DNA of 58,206 bases from Klebsormidium nitens (taxonomy: Eukaryota > Plantae > Klebsormidiophyceae). Below the pieces are notes generated by a model that saw only the letters and a list, made by a program, of their open reading frames with translations, did no database searches and was not told the DNA's origin. The stretch covers positions 1 through 58,206 of the forward strand of contig DF237508.1 in assembly GCA_000708835.1 (NCBI GenBank), read 5' to 3'. Positions 31,501-42,214 of this stretch are shown here, piece by piece (the first letter of the stretch is position 1; the number at the start of each line of letters is the position of its first letter). The position numbers were made by a program, and so were the translations under genes.

Positions 31501-33884
31501 TTCAGACAATCCAATCCAAACGGTACAAATGTAGCTCCAAAGTGCTAAAGTAGTTTTTGAGCACCCTGCCGGTTTTAGTGAGAAAATAAGTCTATTTCAG
31601 TCAGTCTGTTGCCGACTAAAACTAGTCTAGACTAGTCTAGATGACATCAAACACTAGCAGGTTCATTATGGAGAAGCGGTATCATTTGCCGAAGGGCACT
31701 AAGCAATCCCCCAAAGTGAACGCAAGGCGCTCTTGTCAATTGATTGTGCGGATCAGCTCGATATGCCTTGATCAGGCAGAGGGTGCTCAGAATGAGTCCT
31801 GGGAGATGTCTCACTCGATCCGTGTTCGAATGCAGTAAAAGACTGAGCTGAGAGTTGAGAGGAACAGAAGCAGTTCTTTTTTGACGACAGGGCAAGCACC
31901 GTTTCCTCACCTGTCCGCATTCGCCGTATCAATGCTGCACAGCGAGTCCCCCTAAAACCCTAAAACTCTAAAACCCCAAAACCTTGCCATGATCTTCTCA
32001 AACTCAACTGCGAGTCGCTGAACAGTAGTAAAGGGGAAAGCACCATCCCCTCACCTGTCCGCATTCGCCGTATCCATGCTGCACAGCGAGTCCCCTACCG
32101 TGATCTTCTCAAACTCATCCACCAAGGCGCTAAAATAGGTCCCTGACAGCGTTAGCCGCGTGCCCACCGGCCCAGCAACCGGGGACACCTCAGAAACAAC
32201 CGGGGTGGCCTCCGGTCTGTACTGGAAGCAGCAGAAAGTGGTGCTTCTGGCCGGGAGTCCGTCCACAATGATGGTCACTGGAGAGGGCGCGCTGATGGGT
32301 ACTTGGGCGCGCGTGCGGCAGACGACCTGGAGAAACAAATCTCGTGATTTAGGGGCGATTTTTGGGCTTTCGAAAAGCTAGTAATGCGTGTTGGTCTGCG
32401 GACCTTAGATGCGCGGTTGGGGCGGCTTGTCGCCAGCGGATGAATGGAGTATAATCTGGTGGGCTCTCATTGATGCGGAATTTGAGGGTCCGCTTTTGTA
32501 ACATGGTTCTGTGTCTCAGTCATGCGTACGATGACTTGGTTTACTTGCTTGCAGACTGCCTGCATTGCGGAGAAACTGGTGGGCTGATTTTTTTCAATCA
32601 GGTTACTTTGGTCCCCTGGTCTCTCCCTTGGTCTTTACTGTGGCTACGATAGTCCTCGAAGGTGTTGCATATCGTTCTTCATTCATTTCAAGGAAAGCAC
32701 AGGAATATATTTTCAAAGAGGCAGAGTATTCCCCGGTACATCCAGCTGGAAGAGGGAACTGAACAGGTATGTGGAGGCGCCAACCTAAAAGCGTTTGGTG
32801 TCAAACCAACTGGCGCCCAAAAGACACCACAGGCCACCTTGGCATTGCCCTGGATGTTCTTTCTGCCACCTTTACATACACTCATTGATAAGTAATGACA
32901 CTGGTGCTTGAAATTGGCCCCTGACACCCAAACTAGCAGGGACCTTTTGAGCCAGACCTTACTCAGATACACTATGCCAGTGCAACTGTACTTCAAAGTA
33001 TTCGCTGTGCTGAATATCTTAACAGCTGTCAGTACTGTAAGCCACACCTCATGCAGCTGTATCTCACCAAACAGGTTTTGACTCCTACAGCAGGTCATTC
33101 TTGCGATTGAACCATCCAGGATTCAAAAACAGGGGAATATGCAGGAGTAAGTTGTCGCTGACATCTACCCAAGTTGAGGGCGGAAGTCAAGGTTTCAAAA
33201 GAAGTGCAAAGGTTCCTCACAGGGGGGCATCCGGGTGGGCAAGTTAACCAAGTGGTGGTGGAAACAGTTGCCTTATGATGGTGCAATCTAGCGCGGAGAG
33301 CCCTTAAGATAGAGATCTGCCTTACAAAAGCCCCCAACCGTGCGCCGTCTTACGTCAAATCATTGCTGGCCCTGGTAATCTACGATCCCGCATAAGATGA
33401 CCCTGTCAAACTGCAATTGGCTTGAAAGCCGATGTAAAAGAGATTCCTTGTAGTTAAGTGACCTTGCACGATAAATCCCTGGTAAAGCACTGAATTCTAT
33501 GAGCTCCCAGCAATTTTCCTAAGACAGAGGTGGTATAAACGCACAACCAGCTCAGACCACCTGTGACTATCCAATTGTAGTTTATCAAGCCACCACAACA
33601 AGACTCGCTCCCCTTACCTGCTGTGTGTTGGAGTAATAGGAGATGACATCGCATGGCGTATCTTCTATGAAGACCGCGTTGCCCCCCATGTACTGGTCAG
33701 CTGAGAAGCCAGACCCATAGATGTACAGAAGTGTACCACCCGACACACTACCAATTGTTGGAACAATTGAGGTGATAACAGGCGCAGAAGGGACCTCCAT
33801 GACCATTTCACCATCAGTCTCAGTAATGTACAAGTTAAATAGAAGTACAAGAGCAAAGTAAAGCGGGGATAGTTGAGAAGCCAT
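1541..33884 (-). CDS. PKHD1L1: Fibrocystin-L (PKHD1L1)-like giant type I membrane protein, 37 exons, ~4,277 aa
   Basis: Hand-spliced exons, all phases consistent, 12,834 nt: 33884-33618, 32326-32055, 31286-31121, 30746-30601, 30373-30311, 29941-29759, 29363-29246, 28760-28585, 27564-26164, 25578-24719, 24318-23920, 23161-22470, 21946-21712, 21349-21263, 20862-19829, 19301-19194, 18677-17657, 17148-16961, 16241-16075, 14888-14705, 14315-14155, 13624-13405, 12883-12686, 11887-11576, 11162-10963, 10672-10421, 9873-9294, 8898-8745, 8222-7855, 7354-7055, 6510-6388, 5976-5662, 5203-5008, 4515-4250, 3729-3589, 3218-2864, 2466-1541. Signal peptide MASQLSPLYFALVLLFNLYITETDG. TIG repeats (P..GS..GGT.LTI.G.GF). 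PA14. G8 (WSRNSTWGG..PP..GD.V). Family motifs GQAFRLGRYPIHFH, TPATFWVTNPNN, NPSDCVDMDCDG, FVIESRDSDTETRRIAPV, DHGWCFGYTCQKRLSTF. TM helix. The symbol indicates the family; orthology is untested. Confidence 0.93.
2303..2377 (-). other. Transmembrane helix of the fibrocystin-L-like protein
   Basis: LAAIIGGVVGAAAAFLLILGVYGFY followed by basic RMYTARR, in last exon 2466-1541, in frame with ORF 1541..2299. Confidence 0.85.
3715..3830 (-). repeat. Degenerate intronic copy of the exon-35 acceptor and exon head
   Basis: CAGCGTGGAAGACACC is identical at 3715-3730 (exon/acceptor) and 3799-3814 (intron). The copy's acceptor is CGG instead of CAG. Confidence 0.7.
5977..6387 (-). other. Non-canonical GC-AG intron (intron 31)
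   Basis: Exon 31 ends ATC CAG|GCAAGA, which matches the GC-donor consensus. The acceptor is TGCAATCCAG|GACGCC. The phase 0 join gives NNRQIQ-DAFPLH. Confidence 0.7.
12355..12765 (-). repeat. Exon-23 tail plus donor duplicated twice into intron 23
   Basis: The core GCCGTCCGCATTCGGACGGGTCCA(G/C)CAGTCCGTCGTCC occurs at ~12709 (exon) and ~12377, with a deleted variant at ~12557. The copy at 12536 retains CAG|GTGCG. Confidence 0.85.
12637..12661. repeat. Degenerate telomere-like tract in intron 23
   Basis: AACCCCTAACCTATAAACCCTAAAA lies between the real donor and the first echo. Confidence 0.55.
14810..15790 (-). repeat. Array of seven ~147-bp units (intron 3' end + acceptor + head of exon 20)
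   Basis: The GTAC(C)TGGG acceptor junction recurs at 14888 (real), 15042, 15194, 15344, 15481, ~15653 and ~15773. Flanks such as GTGCGCT..GGGCA, GGACGGGCCGGTCGG and AGATGAC recur with variable conservation. Confidence 0.9.
16170..16540 (-). repeat. Three tandem units of the exon-19 acceptor and exon head
   Basis: Acceptors at 16241 (real), 16385 and 16502 translate as DGIEQNNAIFGNLGALTRKS, DGIEQDNAIFGNLGALTRKS and DKIEQNKAILGTR*. Confidence 0.9.
28425..28568. repeat. Short hairpin plus direct repeat element in intron 8
   Basis: 10-bp inverted repeat GTGGTTAAGG (28441-28450) / CCTTAACCAC (28464-28473). ~26-bp direct repeat GGTG(C/T)CCTTC(T/C)ACC(A/G)GTGGTTAAGGT at ~28425 and ~28528. Confidence 0.7.
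29696..29736. repeat. (TTTCCGC)6 microsatellite at the start of intron 6
   Basis: About six consecutive TTTCCGC units read directly. Confidence 0.9.
31905..31997 (-). repeat. Intronic copy of the exon-2 tail and donor, interrupted by a TTTTAGGG-type telomeric tract
   Basis: CCTCACCTGTCCGCATTCGCCGTATC(A/C)ATGCTGCACAGCGAGTCCCC matches 32049-32095. CCCTAAAACCCTAAAACTCTAAAACCCCAAAACC (31950-31983) separates it from the resumed exon match TGATCTTCTCAAACTCA. Confidence 0.9.
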
Positions 33885-35199
33885 CCCTTGGTGCAGCTAC
33901 GGGATAAACTCCAGCTATATATGTGGGGATTTCAATCCCTTGGGCTCATCAGTGGAGCATTTGGCTGCCAAAGAACTCCCCGCATCAGCGGACCTTTTCA
34001 AGATTCATGTGACAAGTCCCCTGAGCATTTGCCGCTTGTTGCCAGCTTTTGCTAGCTTCATTACAAGCTCCGAGCTCACCACGCAAATCATAATGCAACC
34101 TTGGCGACAATTGAACCTTCTGTACTTCTTTAAACTTTTGTCATGATTTGCTGGCCTGATCACCAATCTCCGGCCTGGTCATCATCACATGCCCACTTTT
34201 TCACGAAAACCGTCCGATGAGGTCGATGAGGAGCGGTGGGCGGTCGATAAAATTTCAGTTCGTTCGGGATTGCCCAACAAGAAACTTCGTCGGTGAGGGT
34301 TTTGGATCATCGCGCCAGTCCGGTCGAGCCGCCCAGGTGCATGTGCGGCCGCGGCCCGGTTCCGCCGCGCCGGCCGGAGCCATGCTGCAGCAGAATTAAT
34401 TGATCACTTCAACGTTTGCTTGCATGAAGTGGGAAAGTGTAACGTTGATGCACTCTGTGCTTCGAGTAGAAATCTGGTCAGAAAGAGTTGTCACATGCTC
34501 CGTAAGTTTGGCAAAATTTGTTAAGACGCTACATGCGCTCCTGCAGCATTATGAGAGACTAAATGGGATCCTGACGAGAATCAAAAGCTGAAAAGATTTT
34601 GTGCCGCTGCCTGGCAGGGCATATATGCCCAGGCTTATAAGAGATGACCCGATTGTGGAGGATGCGGTGCATGCACCACGCATGCATGCATGCAGTTGTA
34701 GGTCGTTACTTGCTCCCACTATTACAAACTAAGTGTGGGCGCGCGCATCGCTCTCGCTCAAAATGCGTGGAGTCCATGGCTTGCGAGTGTCATGGTGATG
34801 ATGTGGGGCCTTTCAACCGAACGTGACTGAATGTGCGCAAGTTGCTGGCAATTGACCATCAATGGTGCCGGACATTCTACTGCACAAGAGGTCGGAATGC
34901 ATGTAATGATCAGCGCTCGAACATTACAATTGCAGTTTACTGGCCCGCCACAGTCCATTTCTATGTAAGGCTTGACTGAAGAGAGCAACATGACCGTCCA
35001 GCTCATAAACCATTCCCATTGCGGCTTTCACTCAAAAATTCTTGACGAACTGACGATCGATCCCTTCAGTTCACCTGATTTCCTGAAGTATCAAACACAA
35101 AACAAGTTGAAAGAATTGATATCAAAGCTTTTAAAACAATCGGGTCCCAGTCTCGAATCTGGATCAATGGAATTGAATCTATGTAACGACACCATGTAA

Positions 35200-37928
35200 T
35201 CAGTCGCGTTCCAAGAACTTGTCTATGACAACCGAAAAGGCAGCGAATCCAACACATCCTATACACGCTGCTTGTGGCCCAGCTGCAAACAAGTCGAAGT
35301 AAGCTATCAGCTATCGCTCCCCCGAGCTGCCTGACTGACTTGATCTGCACAACCTCAAAGCAGGCGCCGACAAACTTCGAAGCATCCTGTTCTGCTCAAC
35401 CACGTAGGCAGTAGAAGTGGATGCTCCCATGGGAACACCTAAGCACTCAAGTTGATCTAAGCAGTGGGAGCGCGGCGTCACTGGAATGTTTCTAGGCTTC
35501 TCATCTTATATCTTTCAACTAACCACCGCACTCTGCTCCAACACGGGATCGACCTTGGTTGATTGCTAGCAAATCCGTACCCACATTGACCGCGTTTTTG
35601 ACAAGAAGCATCTCTCCTGCCTGAAGGAACAAAGATGGACTTCCCGACTTTTGATCAGCCAAAACCAGAAATCAATGTTTTCGTATTGAAAGATGCAGAT
35701 TAGCTCACCTTGGGCGGCAAGCACCCCCCCGGTAAAGCAGCCCGCTAGCATTCCGTTGTACATATCGTGCTTGGCCCGAGCCTGCAGAATAGGATGTCAA
35801 TTCACGAAACGCAAGGCCAGTCAAAGAATCCATGCAATGACGGGTGTGGAAAAGGCACTGCCATCCTGGGTCTGGATGCTTTGGAAAATCGCAGCTACTT
35901 TATGCAGACTTCCGACAATCGTGGATCGGGACAGCTGTCGTGCCTAAGAAAAGGAACTAACGATGGAGCCCTCTTCACCGCTTGCGACTCTTCTGTCGCA
36001 TTTGCAAGGTGTGGCTCCCTATCACAGTCGTTGTTTGAGTAGGATCCTTCGAAGAACGGGCGTTTTTCCCAATCAGGATAAACCTCTACAACGGAGTACC
36101 CAAGGAGCTCAAATCGGATTAGCCGGCATGTTTTTGCCTCCACCCGTTTGGTGACGTCTTGGCTGCCAGGAGAACCGCCGATCACTGAAAAAAACACTTT
36201 TCCTAGCTTCGTGTTCAATAGCGTGTTCCTTCCGAAATCTCCGAAAAGCCTCTTCTTCGGTTGCCTGACAATAGCATGTTCCTTCGAAACCTCAGACGAG
36301 CACACACAACCCCAACGAAACACCCCCCGAGAAAAATCAACGATCTATTGCCGATCGATTCTATCACCCACCTTTTCGATGACACATTCGCTGCCGGAGA
36401 AGACCGCTCCCATGACCGCAAACGCTTTTGCAGTGCTGTAGCTGCGAGACCCCATCTGGCGCAGCGTGTGCATCAGCTTTTGTCGTGACGTCCACCCCGT
36501 CTCGTCAACGAACGGGTCGCTGAAACTGCCCAAAAGGAGCCCCATAAACAGCCCCATTCCTCCGCCTGCAGCCGGGAATCGCTGAATTGAAAACGGAGTC
36601 GGATAAGGCATTCGAGAATTTGACGACAGCGTTCTTGGACGGGGGGCAGACTCTGTGGTCAAGAACGAGCGATTCAAACTGTGTAAGTGTTCGAGGTTTT
36701 CGGGGAACTGTTCGATGTGCAAGTTGGTGCAGGTGGCGAAAGGCCTGAGTAACATTTATGGACCGCCACGATTTCTGCCCTGTCAGAAAAAAGTCGAAAC
36801 GTAATCTTCTGAGAACGCAGTCGTTCGCTGTGCGCGTTGCCTTTTGTCAAACAGGCGCCAGGAACAAACTGCCGGAGAGAAATGTTGGACTAGGCCAGGA
36901 CAAGGCCCATGAAAAGCCAGACTTCCCCATCTCACAAACATGGAGCAATGAAAAGAATCTTCTCGTGCATAAGCACCTCAGAGAACAACCTGCTTTGTGT
37001 TCTCCCACTTGCCAATCTCATCGGAATCTATCATTTGCGCAGTAACATGCATGCTTTCTACAATCTCGAGCTTCTCAGAGGCTGAGAGCTGTCGTCTCCA
37101 AACGGTTGGGAAAGGAAGCCTGACACAGAGCTTGAAGCCTAGCCCAGGAAGAGAGTGAACTTCATCCTCCTTAAGGGAGTATGAAGCGACGCCTGACATC
37201 TAAAGCTCCTCCATCAGAAGCTTATGACTCAGCTTTTTGAAGACCTGTCTGCAAGCTTGCCCGAAAAAAGGGGGACTCGGCAACAGATCTCAAGCCGCTC
37301 TTTTTGCCAGAGAACCGACAATCAGCAGATCTATCCAATCAGTGGTATATGTGATCAACGCACTCTCTGCGAAAGTGTCTCACTATGTTGAGAAGGTAGT
37401 GAAATGAGCTGACGGTATTGAAGTGGGTCTGTTCGCTGTACAAAGCTCTGCAATTCAGGCAGCCTATTCCAGCTGCGTCTGTATTCACTTAAGAAAAACG
37501 TTGAAAGGGTGATGCCAGAATTACAGTTCTCTGAGAAGACACAGTGACGCTTCCCCAAAATGTGGATCTAACAAAGCGGAGCAACCAGACATCATAATTC
37601 AGGACTTCTGACTAAAAAGTCAGCTGTGATTTCTCCCATTTTCCCATTTTTCGCGGCAGGTGCGCATCAAGAGCTCAGTGAATGCGGAACCGCTGAATGC
37701 CACTTGCGCCACCACCACCGCCTCACCTGCAACGCCCGCAAAGGCCGACCTCACAAAGCAATTGTTCATGAAGTCCTGCGCTTGCATCTCCTCAGGGCTG
37801 GGCATCCGAAACTGCTCCGTTGCATCGCTTTGAGGAGCTGCTGGCCCCGACTGCGCATCACTTTTGCGCGCGGCTGGATCCTGCAGCAGCTCTGCCTGGT
37901 TGCTGGGTTGAGCAGGCGGATCCGCCAT
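35200..37928 (-). CDS. TIM22: Mitochondrial inner-membrane import translocase TIM22 (Tim17/22/23 family), 4 exons, 183 aa
   Basis: Exons 37928-37727, 36565-36372, 35781-35709, 35282-35200. Motifs MNNCFVRS..AGVAGGGMG, AKAFAVMGAVFSGSECVIEKARAKHD, AGCFTGG, GPQAACIGCVGFAAFSVVIDKF. Confidence 0.92.
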
Positions 37929-38439
37929 CGATCTGCAAGCGTGCAGCTCTAAGAAAGGTGGTGCGAAGGCTGCTCGGATTGTTGATGAGTGGTTTCAAGC
38001 GGGTCTCGACTCTCGACTCTCGATCTAGCTGGCCCTGCTAGCGCTAGCATGATCAGCTGAAGGTCGCGACACCAATGTGACCAATGGCAAGGGTGACATC
38101 AGGCAGTGGGCTGTGTGGGACAGTGAAGCCGCATTGAACCGTCCGGCACGGTAATGAGTTGGACACTGAAGAAGGCCAACCGTTGCCACAGAAAGACTCG
38201 ATTGGGCGCGGATCTTCTCTCGGTCTAGTTGGATCAGCTCCTTGAGGAAGGGCTTTGCATTTCAAAGCGCAGAGCGGTTACTGCGGGGAGAACCAAAATC
38301 CAGTCTTGAGTCACTCTCAAGGTGGCTTTGCATTTCCACATTTGCCAGTGGCAGGTGTAGGATCTGCATTTCTGTCAGCATTCCATGTTGTTCAGTTGCT
38401 TTTGTCCAGGAAGCATCAGCCTTCTGTAGGCAGTGGGTC

Positions 38440-41184
38440 ATGGAAGGCCCAACAACCGGGGCCCGAACAAAAGAAGCGTCATCTACGGAAGAAGCGGAAG
38501 CGACCACCAGCAACGGGGATGCTAGCGAGGTGCAATTCCGGCAGTATCTTGGGGAGGAGGATCTGCCCACTGTGATGGGACTCGTAGACACAGAACTGTC
38601 GGAGCCTTACTCGATATTCACGTACAGATACTTTCTGAACCAGTGGCCCCAGCTGTGCTTCCTGGTAAGAACTGCTTGCATGGCGCTCGCTTACTAAAAG
38701 CTTGGTTAAATATTGATGGTGCTAGATTTACATGATATCAATCATGACCTTTCTCGCAATGTTCCTTTCTAACACCAATGTAGCGCTCACTTGTGGTGGT
38801 GCTTGTGCAGTGGTGCCCTTTCCACATTCTGATTTTGTGTTGGCTCCTTCTGGATCCCGGTGGAAGTCTGACAAGTCTCATCATTGCGAAGGCTCTCAGT
38901 TCCTGGAATGCTTCCTGCCTTTTTGTGAGCTAGTTTCTGGTGGTGATCTCACCCCCCTCAAAGTCCTCCCCTCTTACCATCAACTTGTCATGCTGCCTAC
39001 CCCTGTTATGATCTTGGCTCCTCTTGCCCCTCAAACAATTCCAAACAAGACCCACTACATCTTGCACTTGTCGGAGCTGACCTTAGTGGTAATCTCAGCC
39101 CCAAACAATCCCCACTGAATCTGTCTATGCTGCCCACACGCTTTCTGTAGACTGACTCTTATTGCCCCTTTCACAGTACCCACCACCTTGCTAACTTCTA
39201 CAAGCTGATCTCGTCTGGTAATCTCATGTTCCTCAAGATCTCTCTCTTCTGAAGACAAGCATGTGTCAGGCTTTTCACCGCACTTCTGGTGTCTTGACTG
39301 AGCCTATGACTTACAATCTTTTCTACTATTGCCCCTCAGACAGCACCACCGCCTCCTGCACTTCCAAAAACTGACCTCTCATCTCTTTCTCTGAAGTCAC
39401 CTTACGGGCCCTCTCATGGCGACTACCACGGCCACCTTCCTGAGCATTGTTCAAACAAACCGTATGACTGTTTCCTTGTTCAAACAGATTGTACGTCTGT
39501 TTCCTTGTTCCGTCCACTGAAAAGTGCCGCTTCTCTCTTTGATCAGGCGTATTGCGGCGGCCAATGTGTGGCTACAATCGTATGTAAGATGGAGGACCAT
39601 CCAAAGTCACGGATGTTTCGGGGGTACATTGCAATGCTAGTGGTGATCAAACCGTTCCGAGGAATGGGGATCGGTGAGCTCAGACGCATTCTTCAACTGT
39701 GTGGCACAGCCTCACGATTGTCCTGGAAGTAGAAGCCCAAAAACCAAGTCACAAGGGACAGACGATTCTAGTTGGGCCGACAAAGGGCAGAGGCCTAGAT
39801 CAGCTTGAGCCCTCCTTTGTTAGTTGCACTCTCTTGCGGAAGCGTTCACTCGTGTCTGCCAGCATGTCCATCGCTTTGAGTCTGCGATGTGAAAAAGAGA
39901 CTGCACTTCTTTCCGCAATGGATCATTCCCATATTTTCCTCTTTTGCAAGGGTGGTCCAGGGAATGAAAATAATGTCGTAAAGGCTGACAGGTTCCCGTC
40001 AAGGGGAGTTCATCCCCCAGATTTTAATTGTTGCCCTGAGGACAAGTCTCCGCCAACTTTCTCTACTGCATACCGCTTTCACCAGTCAAACAACAGTGAC
40101 TGCTCGCTCCTGGCTTAGCCGCAATTCACACTCCTTGTCTTTGAACCCTCATGTACTAGCTAATGGAGTTGCCACACTTATCCGACCCGTCCACAATCCA
40201 ATCCTTCCTCTCGCAAGTCAGACAAGTTCAATGACATTCTAACATTTCTGCGAACTGCTTGCTGCTGATCCAAAGTAGCAACCTTTCGAAGCCAGAAAAA
40301 CCGTTTCGACGTTTTTGCGCCGATAGCTGGTCCCGCCGTTTCTTGGCCTAATAGGCGCCTTGCCAGCTGGTCTCTTTGTTCCATCCGAAAACCTCTCGTT
40401 TCTGACCCCAGTCTTGACACCCTGCAGGGTCCACCCTTGTTAGGAAAAGCCTCGAAGTGATGAGGGACTCGGGGTGTCAGGAGGTAAGCCTCGCTTTTCA
40501 TAAGACTGTGTTCCCCGTTGCTTCCACCTTCAACCGTTGACATGGTCTGGTGGGTCAGATAAGTTGCTGTAATCACGCCGAGTAGTTGCTGATGAGTTGG
40601 GCGTACTCCTTCCAAGTTCGGCAGTTCTAATCCCCGACAGAAAATCACTGCGTTGCATAGTTTTGTCCTGTTTGGACCGCTCTGTTCTGGTAAATCACCT
40701 AGTCCGGTTCGGTGACGCTTCTCATTACAGCTGCTTCAGCTTCCTGAGGTCTCTGATAACTCTGTCGCCTGTCCACTTAAAACAGTCTGTCCTTCAGAAT
40801 CATTGATTCACTGTGGACCTACGGCTCTTATCTTTCTTTTGAGGAGTGCTCATCTTGTTCTTGTGGCGCTCACAGGTGATTCTCGAAGCGGAGGTCACCA
40901 ACTCGGGCGCTCTCGCCCTGTACGGAAACCTGGGGTTCATACGAGCCAAGCGGCTACACAGCTACTATCTCAATGGGGTGGATGCTTTCCGATTGAAGCT
41001 CCTCTTCCCTCAGGCATACATGGAAGACCCTTCGCTTGCTGCCTCAAACGATGATGAAGATGAAGAGATCAGCCTGGATCTGGATCAGACAAAAGAGAGT
41101 CAAAAATGGCCGTCTTCTCAAAGACAAGCAGATCAAAGACATCATGAACGGACTTGGACCAGGATACCTGATCAGATCCTCTGA
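38440..41184 (+). CDS. NAA30: N-alpha-acetyltransferase 30 (NatC catalytic subunit, MAK3), 4 exons, ~238 aa
   Basis: Exons 38440-38664, 39547-39673, 40428-40483, 40876-41184. Motifs [82 protein letters not shown]. Confidence 0.93.
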
Positions 41185-42214
41185 AAGAGAATCCGTGCTT
41201 TTTTGGCCTAGCTTAGTGAAATTGCTGCGCGCAGCACATGCAAAATCAAAAGAATGTACCAATCAAACAGTTGCGTCGTCATTTTCTTGGATTAGCGGTC
41301 GCGGCTCAGCTCTTGCGGCATTGAACAAATGCACTCAGCTAGGCCGAAATGTAAGACTCGACCTCGGGCAGGTTATACCACCATGAGCACTGAGATCGGA
41401 TCGCTCGACATGCGTGTATAGTTACTCGAAAATTGTACCTAAGTTACATGATGTCATGATTCCATGCGCCGGCCATGGCATGAGAGCTATCATGCATGAC
41501 ATGGTGATTTTGAGTCAGTAGCTTAACGTTTTATTAATGTTGGATCTGAGTATAGTGACTTCGTATGGCCAAATGCACATGCCCTAATATACTTATGTGT
41601 GATTCTCGATTATGCGTGTATCATTAGGCATGATCGATTTTCAAACAGTCGTGTGCCCGGCCAGGCTGCACATGTCTACATGTGCTCAGTCCTTAAATAC
41701 ACTTTGACTAATCTCATAAGCATGTGTCACATGCAGTTTGCGACACACATGTTGGAACGATGGCGGCCGGACGTGTCGGAATGGAGTCCTATACTGCAGT
41801 TGGTGATCACCGTCCATGACGGTCATGGTGTAAAGTCACTCGTTGAGGATCGAGCTAGCTGCCTTGATTGACGTACCTGAAATACCGACAGCTTATGGAC
41901 TTGTACGGTCATGCAGGCCGGAGCACACGATCCTCACGGCATGATCTAGGCAGGATCGAATGGCGATTCACAAACACGAAGCGCGTATGGCACTTTATAA
42001 TCGACCGTGACTGTCATTACCTATTGTATACAATTTGACCTGCTTCGCCTTGCTGCGAAGCATGAATCTGCTGCAGTTCCTATGGTGACAATCATGGAGG
42101 GCAAGCTTTGCTTGATCGCCTAAAACTTCAGCAGCTTCAAAGACCCAGAAGAATAGACCGACGTCATACTGAAAGTTCTGAATACAGTAACGGGCTGTCA
42201 GTGTGCATCATGCT

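Noticed and set aside
31621-31641. (ACTAGTCTAG)2 palindromic micro-duplication; also CAAGATATTGATC x2 near 2800-2825
   Set aside because: Ordinary short slippage duplications with no further structure.
34255-34383. 42-codon minus-strand ORF upstream of the fibrocystin-L-like ATG (possible uORF or earlier first exon)
   Set aside because: The TSS is unknown, there is no conserved feature, and the 33884 ATG already gives a good signal peptide.
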